Below are positions 51,547 through 59,405 of a DNA stretch of 64,000 nucleotides, one piece after another (position 1 is the first letter of the stretch; each line of letters begins with the position of its first letter). This stretch comes from a virus. The notes beneath the pieces were generated by a model. It had not been told where the DNA came from, ran no database searches, and saw nothing but the letters and a program-made list of their open reading frames with translations. The position numbers and the translations under genes were made by a program. The stretch covers positions 5,182 to 69,181 of the IMG/VR virus record IMGVR_UViG_3300008448_000063; one strand, 5' to 3'.

Positions 51547-53430
51547 TTAGACTCTTATCTTTGTATCAGAAAAATAACTTGATTCTACAATAAATCTACT
51601 GCCTGAGGAATTTTCACCAGATGAGATTAAATCTTTTACCATTGATATATTACTTGATCCAACATCCAGTTTAAGATAAACTGATTTTTTAGCAATTACA
51701 TCATTTGATGATGGGATTGCATCAATCTGTATAATATTGTTTGGTACTACAGTAGAAGAAACATTTATATTATCTATATTAATTTTACCAGACTCATAAT
51801 CAATTCTGCCTATATTATTAGAAACAATTTGTATTTGGTTATTTCTATATCTGAATAAGAATAATCTTCCAGTTTTTAAATCTGAATTTGGGGTATCACC
51901 AATATAAAGAGTTCTATTGGAATTATTAATAGTAAATCCACTAGATCTTATGTTGTGTGACTTATTAACCACATTGAATGCATTTTCAAAACAAACTTCA
52001 TAGTTTGTAGGTTCATTCAACAGAACACCAACATTTCTTCTAATTCTTACTTTAGTGATGTTTGATGTAATAGCAGAACTTGTGTTGTCTATTGTGCTAG
52101 AACATTTGCTATACTTAAATCTTCCACCAAACTTATTGAGGTCAGTGGAGGTAGAAAACTTATCTAATGAAGATAATACTAAACTTCTTAGGTCACTTGG
52201 AGAATTAATCAGGTTATTATTATAATAAACAGAAGATTCTAGTTCAATATAAACTACATTAACATCTACAAATTCTACTTGAATACCAGAAACTGAATAC
52301 TTCTTGAGGGATTCTACTAAAGTTTCTTTTGTATACTCAGAAAGGAACTCAGCATTCTTTGGTTTTGCTGCAAGAAATACCTTTCCATATTGTGGGGGTG
52401 ACAACTCTTCGCCACCATATGCAGTGACTGACTCAATATTGGGATAAATTGAAGCTAAGATTGCTTCATAATCATTTGCTGTTACTGCTCTATATTGAGA
52501 AGCATACAGTCTAGGGGCATAATATCTTACTGATTCAATGGATTGGATGTTATCGCCATTAGATGCTGCTTGCTCTGTAATTACATTGGAAACATACTGT
52601 GATAAGTTATCGTCATTTGAACTTAAAATAGTTCCAGAGAATGTAAATGAAGATGCTCCATTACCTTCTTTACCATTAGTGGTAATATAGGTTGCTGTAA
52701 TCTCATTGTTATTTTCTAATTTTTTGCCAAAAATGCCATCACCAAAGAATATTTCATACTTCTCATCAGCAATTTCCTGAATTAAGAAGATTTGAGACTC
52801 TCCATCAATGTCAATAATGTTATCTACAAGAGTATATTCTTCTGTTGTAGTGTCTGCTGGTGTATTTTTAACCTTAACTCTGATGGTTGAGGTGTCAATA
52901 TATGGGTTTGGTAAGATATATTTTTGATTTGGTTGTGATGTATTAATAGTAAACTTCTTAGTTAATAAAGTTCCCTCATAAACATCAATGTTGGAGAAGG
53001 TTGCTGTGCCATTAACCACTCCAACAGTGATATCTTCGGGAACAGAGAAGATATAATTGGTATTATTAAGATTACCTGTGCATACAATTCCTGCCTTCAG
53101 AATAGCATCCTGAACAGTATCAGGTATACCTGAAAGTGTGAATGATATTGATGCCCTTGCTGCCCTTCTTGAGAGGGGTACATAACCAATGTTTCTTGCT
53201 AATGATACAACATTTTCCCTTAAGGTTGCCCCATCCAGGAATGCCTCATTGGCAACCATATTGGTATTATAAGAAACCAAATAGGCATTATAAGCTAAGA
53301 TATCAATTAAGATAGAAAGGTTTGAACCTTCAAAGTCAAAATCAGTAAAAGTTGAATTTGCTCTCAGGTAATCTTTAATAGATGTCTTAATCTGGTCAAA
53401 ATCCAGATTTGTAAACTGTGTAAATGCCAT
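51547..53430 (-). CDS. gp6: Baseplate wedge subunit
   Basis: NLDFDQIK, DFDFEGSNLS, RENVVSLARNIGY, QYRAVTANDY. Confidence 0.95.
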   Translation of the reverse strand: MAFTQFTNLDFDQIKTSIKDYLRANSTFTDFDFEGSNLSILIDILAYNAYLVSYNTNMVANEAFLDGATLRENVVSLARNIGYVPLSRRAARASISFTLSGIPDTVQDAILKAGIVCTGNLNNTNYIFSVPEDITVGVVNGTATFSNIDVYEGTLLTKKFTINTSQPNQKYILPNPYIDTSTIRVKVKNTPADTTTEEYTLVDNIIDIDGESQIFLIQEIADEKYEIFFGDGIFGKKLENNNEITATYITTNGKEGNGASSFTFSGTILSSNDDNLSQYVSNVITEQAASNGDNIQSIESVRYYAPRLYASQYRAVTANDYEAILASIYPNIESVTAYGGEELSPPQYGKVFLAAKPKNAEFLSEYTKETLVESLKKYSVSGIQVEFVDVNVVYIELESSVYYNNNLINSPSDLRSLVLSSLDKFSTSTDLNKFGGRFKYSKCSSTIDNTSSAITSNITKVRIRRNVGVLLNEPTNYEVCFENAFNVVNKSHNIRSSGFTINNSNRTLYIGDTPNSDLKTGRLFLFRYRNNQIQIVSNNIGRIDYESGKINIDNINVSSTVVPNNIIQIDAIPSSNDVIAKKSVYLKLDVGSSNISMVKDLISSGENSSGSRFIVESSYFSDTKIRV

Positions 53431-53834
53431 TAGTACCTTGTTGGTTGTAATATAAAGGAAATTGCTTGTGTTGGAACTGGCAGACCTACTATGTCATAGA
53501 CTATGCTGATATTCAATTCATTATCATCTAACAATAATTCCACATTAACTGACCTGAGATTCACTCTAGGCTCAAAGTTATTGATTAATATTGTGATTTC
53601 TTCTTGAATTGGGTCAACTAAATCAGAATTTGCTAATTCAAACAGATATCCTTCAACATTAGACCCTAATAAAGAGTTAAAAAACCTTTCGCCAATCTTA
53701 GTTCTGACTAAATTGACTACTGATCTTTTAATAGCATCTTCATTTTTAAGCACAGCAATGTCATTTGTCACAGGATGTCTTAAAAATGACAAACTGACAT
53801 CTTTAAATGACTTTGATACATTCTGTACGGGCAC
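53430..53834 (-). CDS. gp25: Baseplate wedge protein
   Basis: AIKRSVVNLV, GERFFN, NFEPRV; GTG start. Confidence 0.92.
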   Translation of the reverse strand: MPVQNVSKSFKDVSLSFLRHPVTNDIAVLKNEDAIKRSVVNLVRTKIGERFFNSLLGSNVEGYLFELANSDLVDPIQEEITILINNFEPRVNLRSVNVELLLDDNELNISIVYDIVGLPVPTQAISFILQPTRY

Positions 53835-53862
53835 TTTACACCAGTAAATAGGTTACTTTTAT

Positions 53863-54105
53863 TTATTGTGGTTTACCATATGTTGGTTCTGTTCCATATT
53901 CCCAATCATCATAGTCTTCGTCGTTACGAATTCTCTGATGAAGTTCTGTTTGTTCCTTCAAATAATGCTTTTTACCAATATCATCATGCATAATTTCTTG
54001 AATTGTTCTCTTTTCGAGTTTTGCATTGTAATCAGTAATTAAATTTGTGGTGCCCCACATCTGATACATGTAATTTTGGTCTCTATCTACAGGTAAATTT
54101 GACAT
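53863..54105 (-). CDS. Hypothetical protein
   Basis: ORF with AGGAG RBS; MWGT and DEDYDDWEYG motifs. Confidence 0.7.
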   Translation of the reverse strand: MSNLPVDRDQNYMYQMWGTTNLITDYNAKLEKRTIQEIMHDDIGKKHYLKEQTELHQRIRNDEDYDDWEYGTEPTYGKPQ

Positions 54106-54147
54106 TTTGCTCCTAATTCATGTGAATTAGAACTTTTTAAGGGGTTG

Positions 54148-54606
54148 CTATCCCTTGTTTCTAATTATATCATAGTCATCTTCAAGAATTTCCTTGAGAT
54201 ACTCATCATCCCAAAGGTCGTAGTATGAAGTTTTTGCTAAATGTTCTCTAAATTTGCTTAGTTTTTCTGTTGGTTGAGATAAAATCAGGTTATATTTGCC
54301 ATTATTGGTCTGAATTCCATTGATGAATGTATCATATGTACCACAATCTTCAAAAAATTTCCATCCTTTGTGTTTAGAATTGTAATAATTGACCCAAGAT
54401 TGAACTGCATCTAGGTCAAAGTGGTCTTCTATGATATAAATTAACACATCATACCCATCTATTAAGGTAATATCTTCTGCATTGCACTCTATGACCTTAT
54501 ATTTTGATTGTGATGCAAATGGACAAACTGCAAATCCATTCAATTCTGGATGTACTTTAGATACATCCTTAATCCAATTAAAAATATGTGATTCTTTTTC
54601 TGTCAT
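54148..54606 (-). CDS. Hypothetical protein (CPFA motif)
   Basis: LNGFAVCPFA, YYDLW; clean ORF. Confidence 0.7.
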   Translation of the reverse strand: MTEKESHIFNWIKDVSKVHPELNGFAVCPFASQSKYKVIECNAEDITLIDGYDVLIYIIEDHFDLDAVQSWVNYYNSKHKGWKFFEDCGTYDTFINGIQTNNGKYNLILSQPTEKLSKFREHLAKTSYYDLWDDEYLKEILEDDYDIIRNKG

Positions 54607-54639
54607 AAAAAAAGAGTGCTTAACTTATTTAAGCACTCT
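54607..54639 (-). terminator. Rho-independent terminator
   Basis: AGAGTGCTTAA-ATAAG-TTAAGCACTCT followed by a T-tract. Confidence 0.78.
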
Positions 54640-54644
54640 ATGAA

Positions 54645-54788
54645 TTATCTTCCTTGACCTCTGTATCTTTTAGTCTTTCCATTTCTGGAACTGGCACTCA
54701 GTTTAGTAAATTGAGAGCGACCCTGACGAGTTTTCTTTGGTTTACCCTCAATTTTCTGACCACCAGTAAGAGAAGGACGCTTTGCCAT
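54645..54788 (-). CDS. 47-aa highly basic protein (MAKRPSLTGGQKIEGKPKKTRQGRSQFTKLSASSRNGKTKRYRGQGR)
   Basis: Hand-translated; GAGGA RBS; followed by a terminator. Confidence 0.75.
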   Translation of the reverse strand: MAKRPSLTGGQKIEGKPKKTRQGRSQFTKLSASSRNGKTKRYRGQGR

Positions 54789-54793
54789 AATTT

Positions 54794-54964
54794 TTAATCC
54801 TCAATACTTATCGATTCTACCATAATGTCCTCTGGTTTGGGAACCCCTGTCTCATAATATTGTTGAGACAGGTCATCCATTGTATCCATTAGATCTTCTT
54901 CGGAAAGATCTTTATAAATCACTCTACCATTACAGAGAATATTATATAACTCTTGTTTTTTCAT
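54794..54964 (-). CDS. 56-aa acidic hypothetical protein (MKKQELYNILCNGRVIYKDLSEEDLMD...)
   Basis: Hand-translated; fills the gap between the glycosyltransferase and the basic peptide. Confidence 0.65.
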   Translation of the reverse strand: MKKQELYNILCNGRVIYKDLSEEDLMDTMDDLSQQYYETGVPKPEDIMVESISIED

Positions 54965-55703
54965 GTCCTACTCTGATCTTTGGATGACACCAAATTTCAA
55001 AATCACATTTACGAGTTGCATCAAGACAGAATGATACATCCTCACCACACATATCCTGAACTTCACCAGAATCAAACACCTGCATCTGAGGTGCAAACCA
55101 TGGATACTTCATTTCTGGATGTTCAAACACACCCTTCTTGATCAGTACCCAACCAAAACCAGTATAATCAACAGTGAATGGTTTCTTTCTATTAGAGATA
55201 GTATCTACCATCTCATGATTCATAACCCCACCATTGTTTTTAAAGTCTGCTTCATCTAACCAATGAGCAACTGATGTAGTTCTTCCATCCTCTGTAGCAT
55301 ACCATCCACAAGCAATGTCCTTATCCATCTGTACAAGACCCCAGAAGGCATCGCCACTGAACACAATGTCGCTATCAATCCAGAGTTGATAATCATACTC
55401 TAAACGACCTTGCCAAGGCAGTTGATCTGGTCCTGCCAATACATTTGCCCCAAGAACTTTACATCTTGCAAAGTTCACCATGGAAGAATAATCTTGAGAA
55501 ATCTGAATCTTTGCGCCTGCCTGAACTAAATCAAAACACAACTGAACAAAGTTCTTCAGGAAAATATATGATACACCTCTTCCTGGAAGACAGAAAACTA
55601 TACTCTTACCCCTAATTCGTTCCTTACACTCCTCAAGATTATAAAGTGGTTCTTCTTCGTCCTGAGAAGGATTTTTTGCTTTTACAGTAAATCCTTTTGC
55701 CAT
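54942..55703 (-). CDS. Glycosyltransferase family 2-like protein
   Basis: DxD motif in LWIDSDIVF, TGFGWVLIKKGVFE, GEDVSFC, VGHEK. Confidence 0.75.
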   Translation of the reverse strand: MAKGFTVKAKNPSQDEEEPLYNLEECKERIRGKSIVFCLPGRGVSYIFLKNFVQLCFDLVQAGAKIQISQDYSSMVNFARCKVLGANVLAGPDQLPWQGRLEYDYQLWIDSDIVFSGDAFWGLVQMDKDIACGWYATEDGRTTSVAHWLDEADFKNNGGVMNHEMVDTISNRKKPFTVDYTGFGWVLIKKGVFEHPEMKYPWFAPQMQVFDSGEVQDMCGEDVSFCLDATRKCDFEIWCHPKIRVGHEKTRVI

Positions 55704-55766
55704 AAAATTTTCAAAGATTGATGTACGTAGGTATCACACCAATGATACTACCTTATTTATCTGCTG

Positions 55767-56009
55767 TCAACTGGTCTTCTTATCTTTATGCTTTAAATAT
55801 TTTTCTACTGCTTTAGCTCCACTACGACTGACAACTAGTTTATTAATTTCTTTCTTCTTTGGTTTCCCTGCTGGTCCCTCATACTTCTGTAAGGTATAAG
55901 ATGAACCACCCTCACTATCCCTCACAAAAGATCCAGGAACAGCATGTGGAGGTTCATAAGACTTCTTACCTTCGCAAATGTCGTAAAATTCCCTGAATGT
56001 AATCATCAT
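55767..56009 (-). CDS. Small basic protein, probable internal head protein
   Basis: MITFREFYDICE capsid-targeting-like N-terminus; AGGAG RBS; GATAAATA late-promoter variant upstream. Confidence 0.6.
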   Translation of the reverse strand: MMITFREFYDICEGKKSYEPPHAVPGSFVRDSEGGSSYTLQKYEGPAGKPKKKEINKLVVSRSGAKAVEKYLKHKDKKTS

Positions 56010-56076
56010 TAACTCCTTTAAAAAATATTTATCAAATGCAAGAGATAACCCCCATAATGTAAGAGACTTACCGCCA

Positions 56077-56382
56077 CTATTCTAAAAGGTCACTAATCTC
56101 TTCAAGTTCCTCTAAAGTCATTGGATAAGTCTTCACCTTACCAGTCTCAATATCATCTGCCAGTTGTATCAGATATTCCAGAAACTCCTTGGGAAGTGTT
56201 TCATCTTCATTGAGTGTTGCCCAGAACCATTCATAACACTCTGTGTAAGGGTCATCCTCCTTCAATAGGGCATATCCCTCATAATTGCCTGTAAGAAGGT
56301 CTCCCCAGATCTTATAGGCACCTCTGATAGATTGCCACCCAGTCATCCAACAATGCCCTATCCAATACTCAAACCAATTCAT
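56077..56382 (-). CDS. Hypothetical protein
   Basis: W-rich, acidic ORF; ATGA overlap with the upstream gene. Confidence 0.7.
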   Translation of the reverse strand: MNWFEYWIGHCWMTGWQSIRGAYKIWGDLLTGNYEGYALLKEDDPYTECYEWFWATLNEDETLPKEFLEYLIQLADDIETGKVKTYPMTLEELEEISDLLE

Positions 56383-56579
56383 CCTTTTTCTACCTCACAA
56401 ACAATCACAAATTCTTCTACCTGAAAATTAGTTGATAATCCTGCACTAATCATCTGGGAGATACCCGTGAGACATTTTCTACACTCAGACATAGTACCCT
56501 CACAAAATACCCTGTCCCTTGCAATCAACTTATAGACCATTTTTTTCTGGGAAAATTTTTTTCCTATAATAGGATCCAA
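56379..56579 (-). CDS. Hypothetical protein (start may be 56540)
   Basis: ORF track; operon position. Confidence 0.5.
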   Translation of the reverse strand: MDPIIGKKFSQKKMVYKLIARDRVFCEGTMSECRKCLTGISQMISAGLSTNFQVEEFVIVCEVEKG

Positions 56580-56778
56580 TTATATTTAAGGTCTCCCACA
56601 GGCAAACTCTAATATACTCAAATTCCTCAAAAAGGTCCAGGGCATTTTTTACCAGGGAAAAATTTTTTTTATAAACTTGATATCGTTCATGCATTTTGTC
56701 ACCTCTGTAGGTTAGGGATGTTTGTGATTTTCGCATTACCCAACCCAACAACACAATAACCCCCACAATACCTGCCAA
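56530..56778 (-). CDS. Hypothetical protein (start may be 56693)
   Basis: ORF track; downstream of a strong promoter. Confidence 0.45.
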   Translation of the reverse strand: MAGIVGVIVLLGWVMRKSQTSLTYRGDKMHERYQVYKKNFSLVKNALDLFEEFEYIRVCLWETLNIIGSYYRKKIFPEKNGL

Positions 56779-56782
56779 TTCA

Positions 56783-56811
56783 CTATATCACAGGACTGCA
56801 CATCTGTCAAG
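56783..56811 (-). promoter_or_regulatory. Sigma70-type promoter
   Basis: TTGACA-17 nt-TATAGT with TG extended -10. Confidence 0.75.
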
Positions 56812-56848
56812 TGTCATATACACTGATTCTCACACATATCACACTGTC

Positions 56849-57197
56849 TTATACACAGTTTTCCACAGGTTTCTTATACTTTTTCCACAAGTTTTCCACA
56901 GTTTTCTTATAGTTTTCCACAGGCAAATTCACTGGGTTTTGGTATAAACATAGATGGGCACTGTGTTTTCACTGTTTTATACTTAAGACCTGTGGAAAAC
57001 TATTCACTGTGCCACTAATTGTACTGGGAGGGGGTGCTTGACAGGGGGGAGAGTTTGTGATACAATGGGGGCCAAGATCACAACAAGATGCACCATTTAT
57101 TCACACATTCTCTAGACTGATTATACACAGTGATTAATAGGTAGATTACACAGTTGATTCACACTTTTTCCACAGAATTAACACAACCTGTGGAAAA
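56849..57197. repeat. Cluster of ten DnaA-box-like 9-mers in a non-coding region (putative origin or DnaA-binding array)
   Basis: TTTTCCACA at 56859, 56881, 56892, 56913 and 57166, reversed (TGTGGAAAA) at 56991 and 57189; TTATNCACA at 56849, 57097 and 57121. Confidence 0.8.
57008..57066 (+). promoter_or_regulatory. Plus-strand early-type promoter, antisense to the early genes
   Basis: TGTGCCACT half-site, then TTGACA (57038-43)-17 nt-TACAAT (57061-66) with TG extension. Confidence 0.7.
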
Positions 57198-57212
57198 CTC
57201 AACTACATTTAT

Positions 57213-57473
57213 TTACACATTTATTTGATTTTCAACATATTCCACGGAATACCCATTTGACCACTGATTGACATCAAACTTATCTTCTACCATGTATAGC
57301 AACTCACTCACATAAGACCATTCTAACCATGCTGTACTTTTCTGTTCTTCAGTTACACATTGATCAATCAGTTGTTTACAATGATCTTTATAAAGTTCAA
57401 TGGAATTGATGATCCTTTGTGCATCCTCTTGACATAACTCAATCTGGAAAACTTTGTTAGTCTTGATTATCAT
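57213..57473 (-). CDS. Hypothetical early protein
   Basis: ORF track; ATGA overlap with the upstream small ORF. Confidence 0.6.
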   Translation of the reverse strand: MIIKTNKVFQIELCQEDAQRIINSIELYKDHCKQLIDQCVTEEQKSTAWLEWSYVSELLYMVEDKFDVNQWSNGYSVEYVENQINV

Positions 57474-57595
57474 TTGTTTTTGATCTTGTTAATAGCAGTG
57501 GTGATAGATGTAGTCAGGAGAATACAAACATCATTCTGGAAGATAGCATACACAGGTTGTTTGGATTGAATGTCGAAAGTGTACTTAATGGTCAT
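57470..57595 (-). CDS. 41-aa hypothetical protein (MTIKYTFDIQSKQPVYAIFQNDVCILL...)
   Basis: Hand-translated; A/C-rich leader. Confidence 0.55.
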   Translation of the reverse strand: MTIKYTFDIQSKQPVYAIFQNDVCILLTTSITTAINKIKNK

Positions 57596-57613
57596 TTTGT
57601 TTGTTGTTAGTTG

Positions 57614-57740
57614 TTGATGGATTAAGTGTGATTATGCCTCATCAGGACATAGCAGGGACTTAACCTCTATCTTATTGATGGATTAAGTGTGATTATGCCT
57701 CATCAGGACATAGCAGGGACTTAACCTCTATCTTATTGAT
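57614..57740. repeat. Perfect 61-bp direct tandem repeat (2 copies + 5 bp); each unit is a predicted long hairpin (candidate ncRNA)
   Basis: Unit TTGATGGATTAAGTGTGATTATGCCTCATCAGGACATAGCAGGGACTTAACCTCTATCTTA at 57614 and 57675. Confidence 0.9.
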
Positions 57741-57749
57741 AAATGGGAA

Positions 57750-58043
57750 TCAGTTTTCTTCTTTGTGCATATCAATCATCATTTCATTGATCTCATCATG
57801 ATTGATCAATTTGCTGTCCCAGGAAACATCATCAGCAGTGGTGAGTTTATCAATGTTTACCATGTTCCTGATGAACTTTTGGTAAGGAGTTTCATTGTCA
57901 GAAACATACTCTACACATGCAACAGCAGTGTTATACAGAAAAGGTTGATTCTGGATCCACAGGGATACATTCCAGGTTTCATAATTTGCCCAACCATTAT
58001 AGGTTTGATTGATGGTTTGTGTGGTTTGATTGATGGTTTGCAT
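57750..58043 (-). CDS. Conserved phage early hypothetical protein (YNGWANYETWNVSLW family)
   Basis: Characteristic motif; start moved to MQTINQ, downstream of the promoter; short internal QTINQT duplication. Confidence 0.75.
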   Translation of the reverse strand: MQTINQTTQTINQTYNGWANYETWNVSLWIQNQPFLYNTAVACVEYVSDNETPYQKFIRNMVNIDKLTTADDVSWDSKLINHDEINEMMIDMHKEEN

Positions 58044-58068
58044 GGTTTGAAGTTGTTTCTCAACCTTT

Positions 58069-58136
58069 GATACATGTATCATACCACAGATTGAGGGGTT
58101 TCGGTAAATGTTAGTGCCACTTTGATTAGTGGCACA
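58069..58136 (-). promoter_or_regulatory. Early composite promoter, copy 1
   Basis: TGTGCCACT-N6-AGTGGCACT dyad, then TGTGG-TATGAT-ACATGT; -35 is weak. Confidence 0.75.
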
Positions 58137-58152
58137 TGATGTCATTTAGTGA

Positions 58153-58365
58153 TCAGAAATCAAAATCATCAGCATAATCATTGTCCATGATGTAGGCATC
58201 AGTAGGATACTCTGCGGAAACTTCATCTTCTACATCAACCACAGGAACTTGATCCTCTTGAGTGTCAATAACTGCATCAAGAATTTCAAGAAGTTGATTG
58301 CCATCTTGTGCTTTGGCGAGCATAGACAGAGCAACAACTTTAGGCATCGAAAGAGTAGCAGTCAT
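58153..58365 (-). CDS. 70-aa acidic protein (GNQLLEILDA family, C-terminus ADDFDF)
   Basis: Start reassigned to MTATLS; paralog at 63478-63630. Confidence 0.7.
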   Translation of the reverse strand: MTATLSMPKVVALSMLAKAQDGNQLLEILDAVIDTQEDQVPVVDVEDEVSAEYPTDAYIMDNDYADDFDF

Positions 58366-58444
58366 TTGTTTTGAAAGAGTGAAACAGTGGTGCAACTTGA
58401 GGGTTGCAGAGAATCCACCAAGGTGGAAGGATTCAGTGCAACTA

Positions 58445-58873
58445 TCAGAAGTTTTTGTGGAAGATGTATCCATCAACAAAGGAGAAATCATACCTCAGAT
58501 TTACATTCCAGGTAGCACTCCAATCAATCACAACTGGCATATCTTGCAGACTGTTAGGATAGCAGTCATTTACAAATTGCTCTGCAAATTGTTCCTCACT
58601 GTCATACTGTCCATAATAGGCATCAGTGAAATGTGCAATGCACTCAATACCAAACTCATCTACAAATGCATCAACTACCTCATAAGAATAGTCCTCACCA
58701 TTCTCTACATATTCCTCATAATAAGCAAGGAAGTTTTCTTCCCCATGCTCACTGATGAAGACCAACATATCCTCATCATAATAGTTTTGCTCTTTCAGTT
58801 CATCAATTTTTGCCTGAACTTCAGAGGAGAAAGTAACAACAGCAGTCATTTGATTAGTGGTTTGATTTTCCAT
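58445..58873 (-). CDS. ArdA-like antirestriction (DNA mimic) protein
   Basis: Very acidic; DAYYGQYDSEEQFAEQFV...IDWSATW...GYIF resembles the ArdA C-terminal domain; leaderless start. Confidence 0.65.
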   Translation of the reverse strand: MENQTTNQMTAVVTFSSEVQAKIDELKEQNYYDEDMLVFISEHGEENFLAYYEEYVENGEDYSYEVVDAFVDEFGIECIAHFTDAYYGQYDSEEQFAEQFVNDCYPNSLQDMPVVIDWSATWNVNLRYDFSFVDGYIFHKNF

Positions 58874-58939
58874 ACATGTATGGTAGCACAGGATCAGGGG
58901 TTTTGCAAGGGGTCTTGTGACACTTCCTTGACTGGCACA
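58871..58939 (-). promoter_or_regulatory. Early composite promoter, copy 2 (leaderless)
   Basis: TGTGCCAGT-N6-AGTGTCACA, TTGCAA-17-TACCAT-ACATGT-ATG. Confidence 0.85.
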
Positions 58940-59133
58940 AGGCACTTCAGGTGGTTAACGCTTTCTAGCACTTCTTTCAGGGCAGAGCGTGCATAACCTG
59001 CAGCATAGGGATAACCTTTCTCAGGATCATCTACTGCACTCTCAGACACATAAATTGCTGTATTTGTGGTCTTGATAATCCTATCAAGAATCTCATCAAT
59101 CGTCATTTGGTTTACTGTATCAATCATCAACAT
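58894..59133 (-). CDS. Hypothetical protein (GYPYAAGYARSAL)
   Basis: ORF track; C-terminus reads through the promoter dyad. Confidence 0.65.
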   Translation of the reverse strand: MLMIDTVNQMTIDEILDRIIKTTNTAIYVSESAVDDPEKGYPYAAGYARSALKEVLESVNHLKCLVPVKEVSQDPLQNP

Positions 59134-59405
59134 GCACCTGCCATAGGATTACCAAGTTGTGGAAGGTTAGTGTTATCTTTCAGGAACACATAACCATAAC
59201 CAGCATACTCACGCAGTTGAACTTTCTTCTCAACTTTGTTGATGAACTTCTTAGAAATTGTCTCAATTCCTTTCCACTCAAGCACCTTAAGTGTCCAGGT
59301 CTCAGATATATCTCCAAAGGGTGTTTTGACAGGATAGAACGACACTTTCATAGTGCCATCTTTGGATTGAATTGTGGGGAAGTCAGTTGTCATTTGTTTT
59401 TCCAT
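59127..59405 (-). CDS. Hypothetical early protein
   Basis: Leaderless start MEKQMTTDF, 7 nt after the -10. Confidence 0.7.
   Translation of the reverse strand: MEKQMTTDFPTIQSKDGTMKVSFYPVKTPFGDISETWTLKVLEWKGIETISKKFINKVEKKVQLREYAGYGYVFLKDNTNLPQLGNPMAGAC

Noticed and set aside
57614-57740. Hammerhead ribozyme (CUGAUGA core on the minus strand)
   Set aside because: No GAAA follows a stem II and no three-way junction is apparent; CUGAUGA sits in a hairpin loop instead
57614-57740. Mini CRISPR array
   Set aside because: The two 61-bp units are directly adjacent and identical, with no unique spacer; no cas operon in the window
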